From NCBI GenBank assembly GCA_900753295.1, contig CAADYQ010000066.1, positions 1-54,992 on the forward strand: a stretch of DNA of 54,992 bases. Direction: 5' to 3'. The stretch comes from Clostridia bacterium (GTDB lineage Bacteria; Bacillota; Clostridia; Oscillospirales; CAG-272). Below the pieces are notes generated by a model. The model was not told the DNA's origin, did not search any database, and saw nothing but the letters and a program-made list of their open reading frames with translations. The first letter of the stretch is position 1. Each line of letters opens with the position of its first letter. Position numbers and translations under genes: made by a program. Below are positions 1 to 8,068 of this stretch, piece by piece.

Positions 1-168
1 ATAACCCTCAAGCTGCCATTCATCCGAGGCGGTGAGAAAAACGCCCTCGCCGCGCCCTAACCGCGCCATAACACGCCGGATAAGGTCGCTGGTGATCCAC
101 ACGTTCAGCTCGTCGATTTGTGGGTACAGAGTTTCGATGATGTCCAGAATCTGCTGGGGAGTCAGCAT
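1..168 (-). CDS. Phage minor capsid / head-morphogenesis protein (MuF / minor-capsid-2-like), 5' end only, runs off window
   Basis: ATG at 168 preceded by AGGAGG. My translation is MLTPQQILDIIETLYPQIDELNVWITSDLIRRVMARLG..., typical of the N-terminus of the gene that follows portal. Confidence 0.5.
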   Translation of the reverse strand, partial: MLTPQQILDIIETLYPQIDELNVWITSDLIRRVMARLGRGEGVFLTASDEWQLEGY

Positions 169-180
169 TTATGCCGCCTC

Positions 181-1569
181 CTATTCTGCGCCGAAAAGCT
201 GGGCTTTCTCGATCTGCGCGGCGTCGGCCTCTGCGGTCATTGCCTTTGCTTCTTCCTCGCTCATGCCCTCGAACTTTACGAAGTACATCCACTTCGGGAC
301 CCAGCCCTGCATAACGTAGGCGCGCCACGAGGCTTTGTCCTCCTCGTAGTTGTAGGTCACGTCTCCGAAGTTGAAATTGACCTCATATTCGCCCAGCGGC
401 GCGAGATTGTAGAGCGTGACCAGCGCGTCAGCACCGGCCAGTGCCTGCGTGATGGCGTCCTTGAGCGCGTCGCGGTCGGTCTTGATCGTCTGGATGGTAT
501 CGCGGTCGTCGGCCTCGACCTGCGTTGCGGTAATCATACCGGTCTGGCCGTCAAGCACAAATACACCTTCAGAAAAGCCGCATTTGACACCGGCCATAGA
601 CAGGTCGAAGTTGATGTCCTTGATCCGCGCGTCGGTCAACAGCGTCGGCGCGTGCTCGTGGATCGCATTGGTTTCCGTGTCGTTGAGGCCCATGCCAAGG
701 CCCTTCACGAAACGTGGCAGCTCGACGTTGCGGTTCTGCGCGTTCTGAATGAGCTGCTGCCCGACGAAGGTAATGTGCTTGCTGTCCTCGATCTCCGTAT
801 TCTTGCGGCTGACGGCAATGTCGATGGCCTTCAGCTCCGCAATGGCGTTGGCGAACACGGAAAGCCCCAGCGGGGACGACGGGTCAACGGTGTTCGCGCC
901 GGGAACGCGATAGTAGCCGAACAGCGGCGTTTCAAGGTTGGTAATGGTAACTTCGGGGGCCAGATGCGCCCATGCGTCAACCTTGTCAAGCGCCACCTCC
1001 TCACCAAGGGTGACTTCGCCCTTCGTGCTGAGCCGGTTTTCAAACGCCTTGTTCGTGATCTTGTAGAGCTTGCCGCCCTCTGCGGTGCTGCCCTCGAAGC
1101 GGTGGTATTCGAGCCGTGTGTAATGGCGGCTGCCTTGCGCGGTATGCGCCGCGAAGATCGCACCGACGATTTCGCCGTTGTCGTCCTTTGCCGTAATGCC
1201 GAAGTTGCCCGGCAGAATGAAGTCCCATGTTTCGCCGTTCCACTTGAGCATGATGCCGCCCAGCCGCTCAGCCTCCGATACACGGTCAGGCAAGCGCTTG
1301 AGCAGGTCGTCGGCCAGTCCCTGCAAATACTCGGCACGGGGCGAGCCGGAAATAGCAATACCGATGTCCAGCGTCACCAGCTTTGCGCGGGTGTCGCTGA
1401 TGTGTTTTGCCATGTTGATAGTCCCGATTTCATCCTCGGCGTTCAGCCAAGGCGGCTTGCCGGTAGAAATGCGGTCCCAGTTTGTAAGGGCGCTGGACAT
1501 TTCCGGCGAGGAAATGAGTTCAACGCCAAATGCTTTCGCAATATCGGTCCCGCTATGAATAAAAAGCAT
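181..1569 (-). CDS. Phage portal protein (SPP1 Gp6-like)
   Basis: 474-aa ORF directly downstream of terL, with portal-like length and composition. Start moved to the internal ATG at 1569, which has a strong AAGGAGGA RBS 6 nt upstream. Confidence 0.85.
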   Translation of the reverse strand: MLFIHSGTDIAKAFGVELISSPEMSSALTNWDRISTGKPPWLNAEDEIGTINMAKHISDTRAKLVTLDIGIAISGSPRAEYLQGLADDLLKRLPDRVSEAERLGGIMLKWNGETWDFILPGNFGITAKDDNGEIVGAIFAAHTAQGSRHYTRLEYHRFEGSTAEGGKLYKITNKAFENRLSTKGEVTLGEEVALDKVDAWAHLAPEVTITNLETPLFGYYRVPGANTVDPSSPLGLSVFANAIAELKAIDIAVSRKNTEIEDSKHITFVGQQLIQNAQNRNVELPRFVKGLGMGLNDTETNAIHEHAPTLLTDARIKDINFDLSMAGVKCGFSEGVFVLDGQTGMITATQVEADDRDTIQTIKTDRDALKDAITQALAGADALVTLYNLAPLGEYEVNFNFGDVTYNYEEDKASWRAYVMQGWVPKWMYFVKFEGMSEEEAKAMTAEADAAQIEKAQLFGAE

Positions 1570-1617
1570 TTTGATCCTCCTTAGCAGGCGCGTAAAAAAA
1601 TTCATTCCGTCACCGCC

Positions 1618-2853
1618 TTAAACTATCCATTTCAGTTCATTCCGCAGGGCCGTCCGGCAGAAATATCTGAGCTGGTCCATGCTATGGTCGTTTTCTTTGA
1701 TAACCGCGTCTTCGGCCTTTTCCTCGTCCCACGAATACGTCTCGAATTCCTCGAAGGTGCTTTTGCAGCTCTTGTGAAAGTACAGGCACCCGGCATTTAA
1801 GAACTTCGTCACGTCCTGAATGCCGTTCAAAACGTCGTTGTCGGCCTTTACGGCCATGAATTTACCGTATTTTTGTATTGTCTCGATCATGGACGACGCG
1901 GACGGGTCAATGATGATGTACTGGATCGGATAGTCCCCGATCAGGTCGCACAGCATCTTGTAATACGCCTCGTTGTCCACACGGTTGTTGCTGCCGCCTT
2001 TGTAATACAGCTCCTTAATCATGACGGCCTTTTGCTCCGAGGGGCTATAGTCGTACAGGCCAGCGGCAAACGGGTTGACGGTGCCGTAGTCCACGGACAC
2101 ATAATAGCGGTGCCGTGGGTTGACCGCCGGGACCTTCGGGACGATATGCGCCGAGCGGTCAAACATGGGGTAGACAAGGCCCTCGGCCTTTACCCACAAA
2201 CCGAGGATATAACGCCGGTAGAAAACGCCGGTGTACATCCCCTCATATCTGGCCTTGATTTCAGGCGCAAGGCTCAGATTGTCGTCCATTGTGAAGTGCA
2301 GATACAGGATGTTCCGCTCTCGCGCTTTCTTGATCCATTCCACATAGAACCAGTGACCGGGGTTTTCGGGGTTGCAGTTGAACCAGAACTTAGAACCGGC
2401 CACGCTGCAACGAGCCATAGCCTGCTCCACGAAAGAGCGAGGCATGAGGGCCACTTCGTCGAACAGCACGCCCGCAAGCGTGATGCCCTGCACCAGTGTG
2501 TAGCTTGATTCGTCCTTGCCGCCGAACATATAGTAGCTGTTGGTCACGCCGCCAGACGTGATAATCAGCTTGTTTTCACTGCGGCGTTCAGTGATTGAAA
2601 AGATACCCTCAAGCCACTGCGGCATGAGGGTTATAACGTTGCGGCGCAAGCTCTCGATGGTCTTGCCGCATATAGCGAAGTTCTGTCCGCTGAAGCTGCT
2701 CATGCTCCACAGGATAAAGCCGTCCGTCATGGAAACGGTCTTGCCGGAACGGATGGAGCCGTCACAGATGATGCCGTCACAGTCCATGAACTGCGGCTTA
2801 TTCCACCACGTCAGCGTCAGAAGCTGCCGTTTGCTGAAGTTCTGGTATATCAT
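1618..2853 (-). CDS. terL: Terminase large subunit (PBSX/terminase_6-like)
   Basis: Walker A-like DGSIRSGKT, FDEVALMP (Walker B) and a C-terminal nuclease region (IIIDPSASS, HSMDQLRY). Classic position between terS and portal. Confidence 0.9.
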   Translation of the reverse strand: MIYQNFSKRQLLTLTWWNKPQFMDCDGIICDGSIRSGKTVSMTDGFILWSMSSFSGQNFAICGKTIESLRRNVITLMPQWLEGIFSITERRSENKLIITSGGVTNSYYMFGGKDESSYTLVQGITLAGVLFDEVALMPRSFVEQAMARCSVAGSKFWFNCNPENPGHWFYVEWIKKARERNILYLHFTMDDNLSLAPEIKARYEGMYTGVFYRRYILGLWVKAEGLVYPMFDRSAHIVPKVPAVNPRHRYYVSVDYGTVNPFAAGLYDYSPSEQKAVMIKELYYKGGSNNRVDNEAYYKMLCDLIGDYPIQYIIIDPSASSMIETIQKYGKFMAVKADNDVLNGIQDVTKFLNAGCLYFHKSCKSTFEEFETYSWDEEKAEDAVIKENDHSMDQLRYFCRTALRNELKWIV

Positions 2854-3241
2854 CCGTGTTCACGTCCTCCTTTGTGGCATTCTGGATAGCCTCAAGCAGA
2901 TTGTTGTCCTTTGCGCTGCCGCCCAAGCCGGTTTCGCCGGTGATGTCCATATAGAGCTGGATCGCATAGGTGTTGCCCGCCTGCGCCGACCGCATAAGAG
3001 CGTCGGCCACAAGCATTTTTTGGGTCAGCACCTCAGACGGGATGCCCAGCTTTTTCAGGCGGTTCTGCTTGCGCTTATCGGTAATCGGGAGGCCGGAATA
3101 CAGCTCAAGAAGGTCAGCCATCATTTGCCGCTCACGGCGTTTCTCCTGACTGGCTTTACCACCAGCAGAGCGGATAGCGTGAGCCTCTTCTTCGCTGCGT
3201 TCGGTCAGAGGAATGAGGTTCTTGTCTTGTGGTCTGCTCAC
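2798..3241 (-). CDS. terS: Terminase small subunit
   Basis: 147-aa basic/helical protein (GGKASQEKRRERQ...) overlapping the terL start by 56 nt. GTG start with an AGGAGG RBS. Confidence 0.6.
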   Translation of the reverse strand: MSRPQDKNLIPLTERSEEEAHAIRSAGGKASQEKRRERQMMADLLELYSGLPITDKRKQNRLKKLGIPSEVLTQKMLVADALMRSAQAGNTYAIQLYMDITGETGLGGSAKDNNLLEAIQNATKEDVNTDDIPELQQTAASDADVVE

Positions 3242-3277
3242 GCTTCACACCTCCTATCAGTGGTTTTTCCTCCTTCG

Positions 3278-4090
3278 TCACTTCGCTTTCTGATAGCTGT
3301 ACTTGTAACCGAATTTTTGCTGATTGGCTTTCAGCCACTTAGAAACGGCGTCGTTGTAGTCTTTGCCGCTGAGCTGAGCGCTGTTGACCGCCTTTACAAA
3401 GCCAGAAGCGTTGAAATGCGTGCCCTTCGTGAAGGTGTACACGCCCGCATACCGCACGGTATCGTCGCCGCGTCCGGTTTTGGTGCTGACGGCCACAATG
3501 CCGCGCCGGGTGCCGAGGGCGGTGTTGATAACGTCCTCCTTGCTGAAGGTCGGCCAGCCGTCGCGCGGGTGGTTATGAATGGCAATTTCTTTGCCGTTGC
3601 CGCTCAGCCCGGAAATGCTGCCCGCGTTGCCGTGACGGTATTTCGTAGCGAAGCCCTGTTCGTCCACGACTACGCCGTGTTCTTCCAGCGCGTCACCATG
3701 TGCGGCCACAAAGACGCGTACCATGTCCTCATAGACACGGTTGGATCCGATTTTGACATTCATGCGCGCGGGAAGGTCTGCGGTGGTTTCGTCCTTGCCG
3801 CTGCCGCCACCAGAAGACGGCCAGCCGCCACTAAAACCGATGCCGGAACCGCCGCCGCGCCCGCCGTGCTCCACGGGGAAGGTGATCTCCGTCCATGCGC
3901 TGATCCGCTGCTCAAGGGTCTTGCCGTCAATCTCAAAGTGCAAAGCCTCGTCAAGGCTGTTGAAGGATGCAATGATCTTGCCGGTTGTCAGGCTGTACAG
4001 CTCAAGCGGATTGCGGAAAAGCACCACCTTGTCGGTCGCATAAACGCCGTTCAGACGCTTGAATTCATGCTTGAATCTGTCAAGCTGCAT
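3278..4090 (-). CDS. Two-domain protein: unknown N-domain, Gly-rich linker, JAB/MPN (RadC-like JAMM) domain
   Basis: LEEHGVVVDEQG ... IAIHNHPRDGWPTFSKEDV fits the JAMM pattern E..HxHx(8)SxxD, one residue longer than canonical. Linker is HGGRGGGSGIGFSGGWPSSGGGSG. RBS AGAGGTGA. Confidence 0.5.
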   Translation of the reverse strand: MQLDRFKHEFKRLNGVYATDKVVLFRNPLELYSLTTGKIIASFNSLDEALHFEIDGKTLEQRISAWTEITFPVEHGGRGGGSGIGFSGGWPSSGGGSGKDETTADLPARMNVKIGSNRVYEDMVRVFVAAHGDALEEHGVVVDEQGFATKYRHGNAGSISGLSGNGKEIAIHNHPRDGWPTFSKEDVINTALGTRRGIVAVSTKTGRGDDTVRYAGVYTFTKGTHFNASGFVKAVNSAQLSGKDYNDAVSKWLKANQQKFGYKYSYQKAK

Positions 4091-4112
4091 ATTGTCTCAC
4101 CTCTTTTTGGGT

Positions 4113-4145
4113 ATAAAAATACCGCCAGCGGAAAGCCGCTGACGG
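4113..4145 (-). terminator. Intrinsic terminator between the mini-ORFs and the JAB-like gene
   Basis: Minus strand reads CCGTCAGCGG-CTTT-CCGCTGGCGG (10-bp stem, one G:U) followed by TATTTTTAT. Confidence 0.55.
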
Positions 4146-4157
4146 TTGAAGTCTTGT

Positions 4158-4292
4158 TCAGTTCACACGGATGACAGGTTTCGGGCCTTTGCCCTTGCCG
4201 CCTTCCGCTTTGGTGGGCTTTGCGTCATAAGGCGCGCCGGGACGCTTGCTGGTCTTGCCCTTCGCGGGCTGTGCGGGGGTCTTTTTTGCCAT
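4158..4292 (-). CDS. Mini-ORF, 44 aa, very basic (MAKKTPAQPAKGKTSKRPGAPYDAKPTKAEGGKGKGPKPVIRVN)
   Basis: My own translation (below the ORF-track cutoff). ATG start. Lies between an upstream ORF and a terminator. Low-complexity Lys/Pro/Gly composition. Confidence 0.3.
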   Translation of the reverse strand: MAKKTPAQPAKGKTSKRPGAPYDAKPTKAEGGKGKGPKPVIRVN

Positions 4293-4302
4293 TATGGGCC
4301 TC

Positions 4303-4473
4303 CTATCTGACAACAGGCTCGTCGTCGTTCTGATTCATGTACTCCTTGAAGAACGCCTTCACGTCGTCGGGGGCGTCGTCTCTGATGCCGATGATCTCGT
4401 CCGTGTCCTCGTCGCGGATCACATAGCCCATCATAATCAGTTCAGGGTCATTTTCGTTTCTAATCTCACTCAT
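4303..4473 (-). CDS. Mini-ORF, 56 aa, very acidic (MSEIRNENDPELIMMGYVIRDEDTDEIIGIRDDAPDDVKAFFKEYMNQNDDEPVVR)
   Basis: My own translation. The ATG at 4473 overlaps the TAA stop of the zincin ORF (TAACATG). Confidence 0.35.
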   Translation of the reverse strand: MSEIRNENDPELIMMGYVIRDEDTDEIIGIRDDAPDDVKAFFKEYMNQNDDEPVVR

Positions 4474-4474
4474 G

Positions 4475-5182
4475 TTATCCTAACTCCCTTTTGAGAATTT
4501 TCCAAATTGCTTGAGACAGCGGCTTTGCGCGGCTGCCGTTGGCGCGATAGTCTGCGACGGCCTCGGCCATAGCCTCAGAACGGTTTTTGGTCGCATATCG
4601 GGAAATCTGCGCCACAAGCTGGTCATTCGTCAGCCCTTTTCCGACTGCGGTTTTCTTTGCGGCTCTTGCGGCCTCGCCCACCACCTTCGTAGCGAAACGG
4701 TGCTTGTTCCATGCGTTGATACGATCCATAGTCCCGTAATAGCCGGTCTGCGTGATGTTCTTGAACACCAGCGCGCTTTCCAGCAGATGCCCGATTTCGT
4801 GCGAGGCAATATGTACGCTGCTTGTGCCGTCAGGGTGCCATTTGACGCGCACGTCGTTTTCGTAACTCTGATCCAGCTTTGCCTGATCTCCCATCATTTT
4901 GGGGTTGAGCTGCAACTTGCCGGACAGAGAAGCAGAGGCGTAGGCATTGGAACGGCTTTCGCTGCCGTTCAGCTCATGGATGCCGATTGCCGCCTGCGGG
5001 AATTCCTTCAGCAATCCTTCAAGCTCACCGGCTGCCGAGCGCAAGACGCCGAAATCGACCTTATCAGCGGACGAATGCACCGTCACGCTGTAATGATCCT
5101 GCATATACTGTCGCAGCTCTCCGACGTCTTTTGTATCAAGCGCGCTGCTGCCGCGCCCGGAACCGCCGCCACGTCCACCCAT
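4475..5182 (-). CDS. HExxH zinc-metallopeptidase-like protein with an N-terminal Gly-rich leader
   Basis: Starts MGGRGGGSGRGSS. Zincin motif VHIASHEIGHLLE with a downstream acidic helix SEAMAEAVADY. 235 aa. Confidence 0.55.
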   Translation of the reverse strand: MGGRGGGSGRGSSALDTKDVGELRQYMQDHYSVTVHSSADKVDFGVLRSAAGELEGLLKEFPQAAIGIHELNGSESRSNAYASASLSGKLQLNPKMMGDQAKLDQSYENDVRVKWHPDGTSSVHIASHEIGHLLESALVFKNITQTGYYGTMDRINAWNKHRFATKVVGEAARAAKKTAVGKGLTNDQLVAQISRYATKNRSEAMAEAVADYRANGSRAKPLSQAIWKILKRELG

Positions 5183-5185
5183 GTA

Positions 5186-5833
5186 TTATACCACACTTTC
5201 TTTCGGTTTTGTAGTCCGCGCCTTGATCTGCTCCTGAAAAGCCGCCACATGAACGATAGGCCCGGAAATGCCTTCCGGCACAAGGCCGTAAAAGTAAATC
5301 GTCGATGGGTTCAGACGGCGGAGCATTTCATCATAGCCGAGCCGGAAAAGCTCTGCGGCGCGCCTGTTAAGCTGCGTTCCAACACTGGAAACGGCCACAG
5401 CGCCACCCACAGGTTCACCGTCAAAGCACCACTCGAAGCTGCTTTCGTCGCTCCAAGAGATGGTCGGAATAACCGTGATCCCGTTGCCTTGCCAATACGC
5501 GCCGAGCCAATGCTTGCGGTAATGGTTCCAGATTTGAACGGCTTTCGGGAAGTCCGTATAGGTTGAAAAATCCGGCGTGCATACGGCCTTGAAGCGCCGC
5601 AGCATATCAAGATAGGCGTCGGGATTCGTCCACAGGCGGTTGAACTGGTAGTCGTCCACGAAAAAGTGAACGGCTTTGTTCGCCGGGTCCTTGCAGCTTT
5701 TCGCATAGTTAAAGCCGATCCAGCTTTGAGGCGTGGCCGGAACTTCGGCCAAAATGCGCGGTATGTCAAAGGCTCCCGCGCCGATGAACTTCGCCCTATT
5801 CAGATTTTCGTAGTTCCTCTGATCGCGGTACAT
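5186..5833 (-). CDS. DUF4417-family protein
   Basis: VHFFVDDYQFNRLW...TPDFSTYTDFP...QIWNHYRKHWLG...GITVIPTISW matches the conserved core I recall for DUF4417. AGGAGG RBS. Confidence 0.6.
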   Translation of the reverse strand: MYRDQRNYENLNRAKFIGAGAFDIPRILAEVPATPQSWIGFNYAKSCKDPANKAVHFFVDDYQFNRLWTNPDAYLDMLRRFKAVCTPDFSTYTDFPKAVQIWNHYRKHWLGAYWQGNGITVIPTISWSDESSFEWCFDGEPVGGAVAVSSVGTQLNRRAAELFRLGYDEMLRRLNPSTIYFYGLVPEGISGPIVHVAAFQEQIKARTTKPKESVV

Positions 5834-5852
5834 GGCGCGGGCCTCCTATCTG

Positions 5853-5927
5853 CAAAAATAGAATTCAAGACACAGGCGGTAAGGCCGGAGGCAGAACCGT
5901 GTACCGCCTCTCGCGTGTCTTGAATTC
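5853..5927 (-). terminator. Long imperfect hairpin plus T-tract just upstream of the DUF4417 RBS
   Basis: Arms GAATTCAAGACAC/GTGTCTTGAATTC (5861-5873 / 5915-5927) and AGGCGGTA/TACCGCCT (5874-5881 / 5902-5909). Followed on the minus strand by TATTTTTG. Confidence 0.5.
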
Positions 5928-5944
5928 CATGCTATAGTTTACTA

Positions 5945-5968
5945 CGAACAGAGCGAACAAAACGAACA
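5945..5968 (-). promoter_or_regulatory. Three TGTTCG direct repeats at exact 9-bp spacing, followed by a TATAGC -10-like box
   Basis: CGAACA on the plus strand at 5945, 5954 and 5963. Sits between the late-regulator stop (5973) and the hairpin. Candidate regulator-binding site or late promoter. Confidence 0.4.
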
Positions 5969-5972
5969 AGGT

Positions 5973-6377
5973 TTATTCACTTGTCTCCTCCAAGTAGCGT
6001 TTTACACGCATACGCACGCCGTCGCCGGTGTTGTTGCCGCCGATTGAATAGGCTACCTGCCACCAGCTCAAGCCGTTCACAAAGCGATATGTGAATATCT
6101 GCCGGGTCAGGCTGTCCGGAATGCTGGATATGTACCGTTCAAGGCGGTTGCGCTCATAAATGCACTGCTGCTGTTTTGCAGAAATGATCGCTTTCAGGTC
6201 CACAATTTCAGCGACACAGCGCGCCAGCGCGTCGCCGTAGCCGGGCGCGTGGGGCATACCGTCCAAGTTCTGCGCCTTCGGGGACGACGCCAGCAGTTCC
6301 AGTTCGTCCAAGCGGCGCTTGTCCATTTCGATTTCACGGTTGAGGTGGTAGAGTTGCGATAGTTCTTTGATAGTCAT
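5973..6377 (-). CDS. Sigma-70 region-4-like HTH protein, putative late-gene transcriptional regulator (ArpU/RinA/DUF1492-type)
   Basis: LDGMPHAPGYGD ... ERYISSIPDSLTRQIFTYRFVNGLSWWQVAYSIG resembles small phage sigma-like regulators. ATGA overlap with the SNF2 gene. Confidence 0.55.
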   Translation of the reverse strand: MTIKELSQLYHLNREIEMDKRRLDELELLASSPKAQNLDGMPHAPGYGDALARCVAEIVDLKAIISAKQQQCIYERNRLERYISSIPDSLTRQIFTYRFVNGLSWWQVAYSIGGNNTGDGVRMRVKRYLEETSE

Positions 6378-7756
6378 GCTGCGGCCTCCTTAGCCTTCTG
6401 AATTCTAACCTTCAGGGCTTCCAACAGGCTATCCTGTGCATTGGCTTTGCCGCCCAGAGATTTAATAACGTCTTCATCCGTACCGCCCAGCACCACCAGA
6501 TGGTGGACTATGACGGGGTACGGCTGCCCCTGCCGGTGCAGGCGCTTATTGGTCTGCTGGTACAGCTCCAAACTGTCGTTCAGGCCGAACCAAATGATGT
6601 GATGGCCGCCCTCTTGCAGGTTGAGGCCGTAGCCACAGGACGCGGGCTGCATCAACAGCAGGTCGATGTTACCGGCGTTCCAGTCGTCTTCTTCCGCTTT
6701 GCCCTCGTACACTCTCACCCGTAGGCGTGTAGCTTCCAGCGCCTGCAACAGCCGGTCACGGTCATGCTTGAAATTGTAGCAGATAATCGCGTGCTGCCCG
6801 TTCAGCTGCTCCACAGTCTCAAGCAGCGCCTCGATCTTGCAGTCATGCACGGTGATGACATTCCCGTCCTCGTCGTACACAGCGCCGTTACAGAGCTGTA
6901 GGAGCTTGCCGCGCAGAGTAGCAGCAGAGCCAGCCGTGATGACTGTTTCGTCCACCTGAAGCAGCGTGTCCCGCTCCAAGCGGTCGTAAGCCTTCTGCGC
7001 TGCGGCGTCCAGCTTGACGGGGATGTCCTCATAGATCAGTTCCGGCAGGTCGAGGTAGTCTTCCGATTTCATGCTGATGCAGATGTCAGAAATGCGCCTG
7101 TAGATTTCGTCCGCTGCGCCCAGCTTCGGCGCATAGGAGAAGATCGTCGTGCGGCTGCGCTTGTCCGGCACAAAGTATGCGTCGCGGTATGACGTGATGG
7201 TACGGCCCAGCCGCTGCCCACAGTCCAGCAGATACACCTGCGCCCACAGGTCCATAAGGCTGCGGGGATTCGGCGTGCCGGTCAGCTCCACAATGCGGTT
7301 GATCCGAGAGCGCACCAGCTTCAGCGCCTTGAAGCGCTTTGCCTGATGATTTTTGAAGCTGCTGCTTTCGTCGATGACCACCATATCGAACGGCCAGCTG
7401 TGCCCGTAATAGCCCACCAGCCACTGCACATTCTCGCGGTTGATAAGATAAACGTCCGCCGTTTGGGCCAGTGCTGCGGTACGCTGCCCCACAGAGCCGA
7501 GGACGTGTACCAGCCGGAGGCAGGAGAGGTGGGACCACTTTGCAGCTTCTTTGTCCCACGTGCTTTCAGCTACCTTCTTCGGAGCAATGACAAGCACCTT
7601 CCGCACTGCCCAATATTCATACTTCAGCCGCTTGATCGCAGTCAGTGTGATAGCCGTTTTGCCGAGGCCCATGTCCAAGAAAAGCCCCAATGCCGGATCA
7701 CGAATGATCCGGTCAATGCAATACTGCTGATAGCTATGCGGGCAAAAATCCTTCAT
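6374..7756 (-). CDS. SNF2-family DEAD/DEAH-box helicase
   Basis: Motif I LDMGLGKT, motif II VVIDESSSF, TGTPNPRS, and C-terminal helicase motifs QQTNKRLHRQGQ. Confidence 0.9.
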   Translation of the reverse strand: MKDFCPHSYQQYCIDRIIRDPALGLFLDMGLGKTAITLTAIKRLKYEYWAVRKVLVIAPKKVAESTWDKEAAKWSHLSCLRLVHVLGSVGQRTAALAQTADVYLINRENVQWLVGYYGHSWPFDMVVIDESSSFKNHQAKRFKALKLVRSRINRIVELTGTPNPRSLMDLWAQVYLLDCGQRLGRTITSYRDAYFVPDKRSRTTIFSYAPKLGAADEIYRRISDICISMKSEDYLDLPELIYEDIPVKLDAAAQKAYDRLERDTLLQVDETVITAGSAATLRGKLLQLCNGAVYDEDGNVITVHDCKIEALLETVEQLNGQHAIICYNFKHDRDRLLQALEATRLRVRVYEGKAEEDDWNAGNIDLLLMQPASCGYGLNLQEGGHHIIWFGLNDSLELYQQTNKRLHRQGQPYPVIVHHLVVLGGTDEDVIKSLGGKANAQDSLLEALKVRIQKAKEAAA

Positions 7757-8051
7757 CCCTCAGTACCTCCCTGCATCGTGCAAGCACGGCTTCGATTTTC
7801 TCCTCGCTATCGACCGCCGAGAAAACTTCAAAGCCCAATGCGCGCAACAGCCCCTGCACATAAAGCTGCCGCTTGCGTTCCGTTTTCCCCGGCTTCTTCA
7901 TCTCTACAAAAATCACCTTTGCACCGGGAAGCAGGATGATCCTGTCAGGAACACCGGAGAAACCGGGGCTTTCAAACTTCAGACACCGGACGCCGTTTCC
8001 CAACTTCTGGACGCCGGTTCTCAGCTTATTTTCGTAATAGGATTCGAGCAT
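7734..8051 (-). CDS. VRR-NUC domain nuclease
   Basis: GVPDRIILLPGAKVIFVEMKKPG gives the PD-(D/E)xK signature. About 100 aa. Usual partner of the phage SNF2 helicase. Confidence 0.85.
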   Translation of the reverse strand: MLESYYENKLRTGVQKLGNGVRCLKFESPGFSGVPDRIILLPGAKVIFVEMKKPGKTERKRQLYVQGLLRALGFEVFSAVDSEEKIEAVLARCREVLRDEGFLPA

Positions 8052-8068
8052 TTAGTTCCTCCTTGTCG

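Noticed and set aside
118-1584. 488-aa plus-strand ORF across the portal gene
   Set aside because: It is antisense shadow of a clearly recognisable portal gene in GC-rich DNA. It has an Arg/Gly/Val-rich low-complexity translation, no RBS and no motif.
2540-4174. 544-aa plus-strand ORF spanning terL, terS and the JAB-like gene
   Set aside because: It is a shadow ORF opposite three well-supported minus-strand genes and crosses intergenic terminators. Its composition is typical of antisense reading of GC-rich coding DNA.
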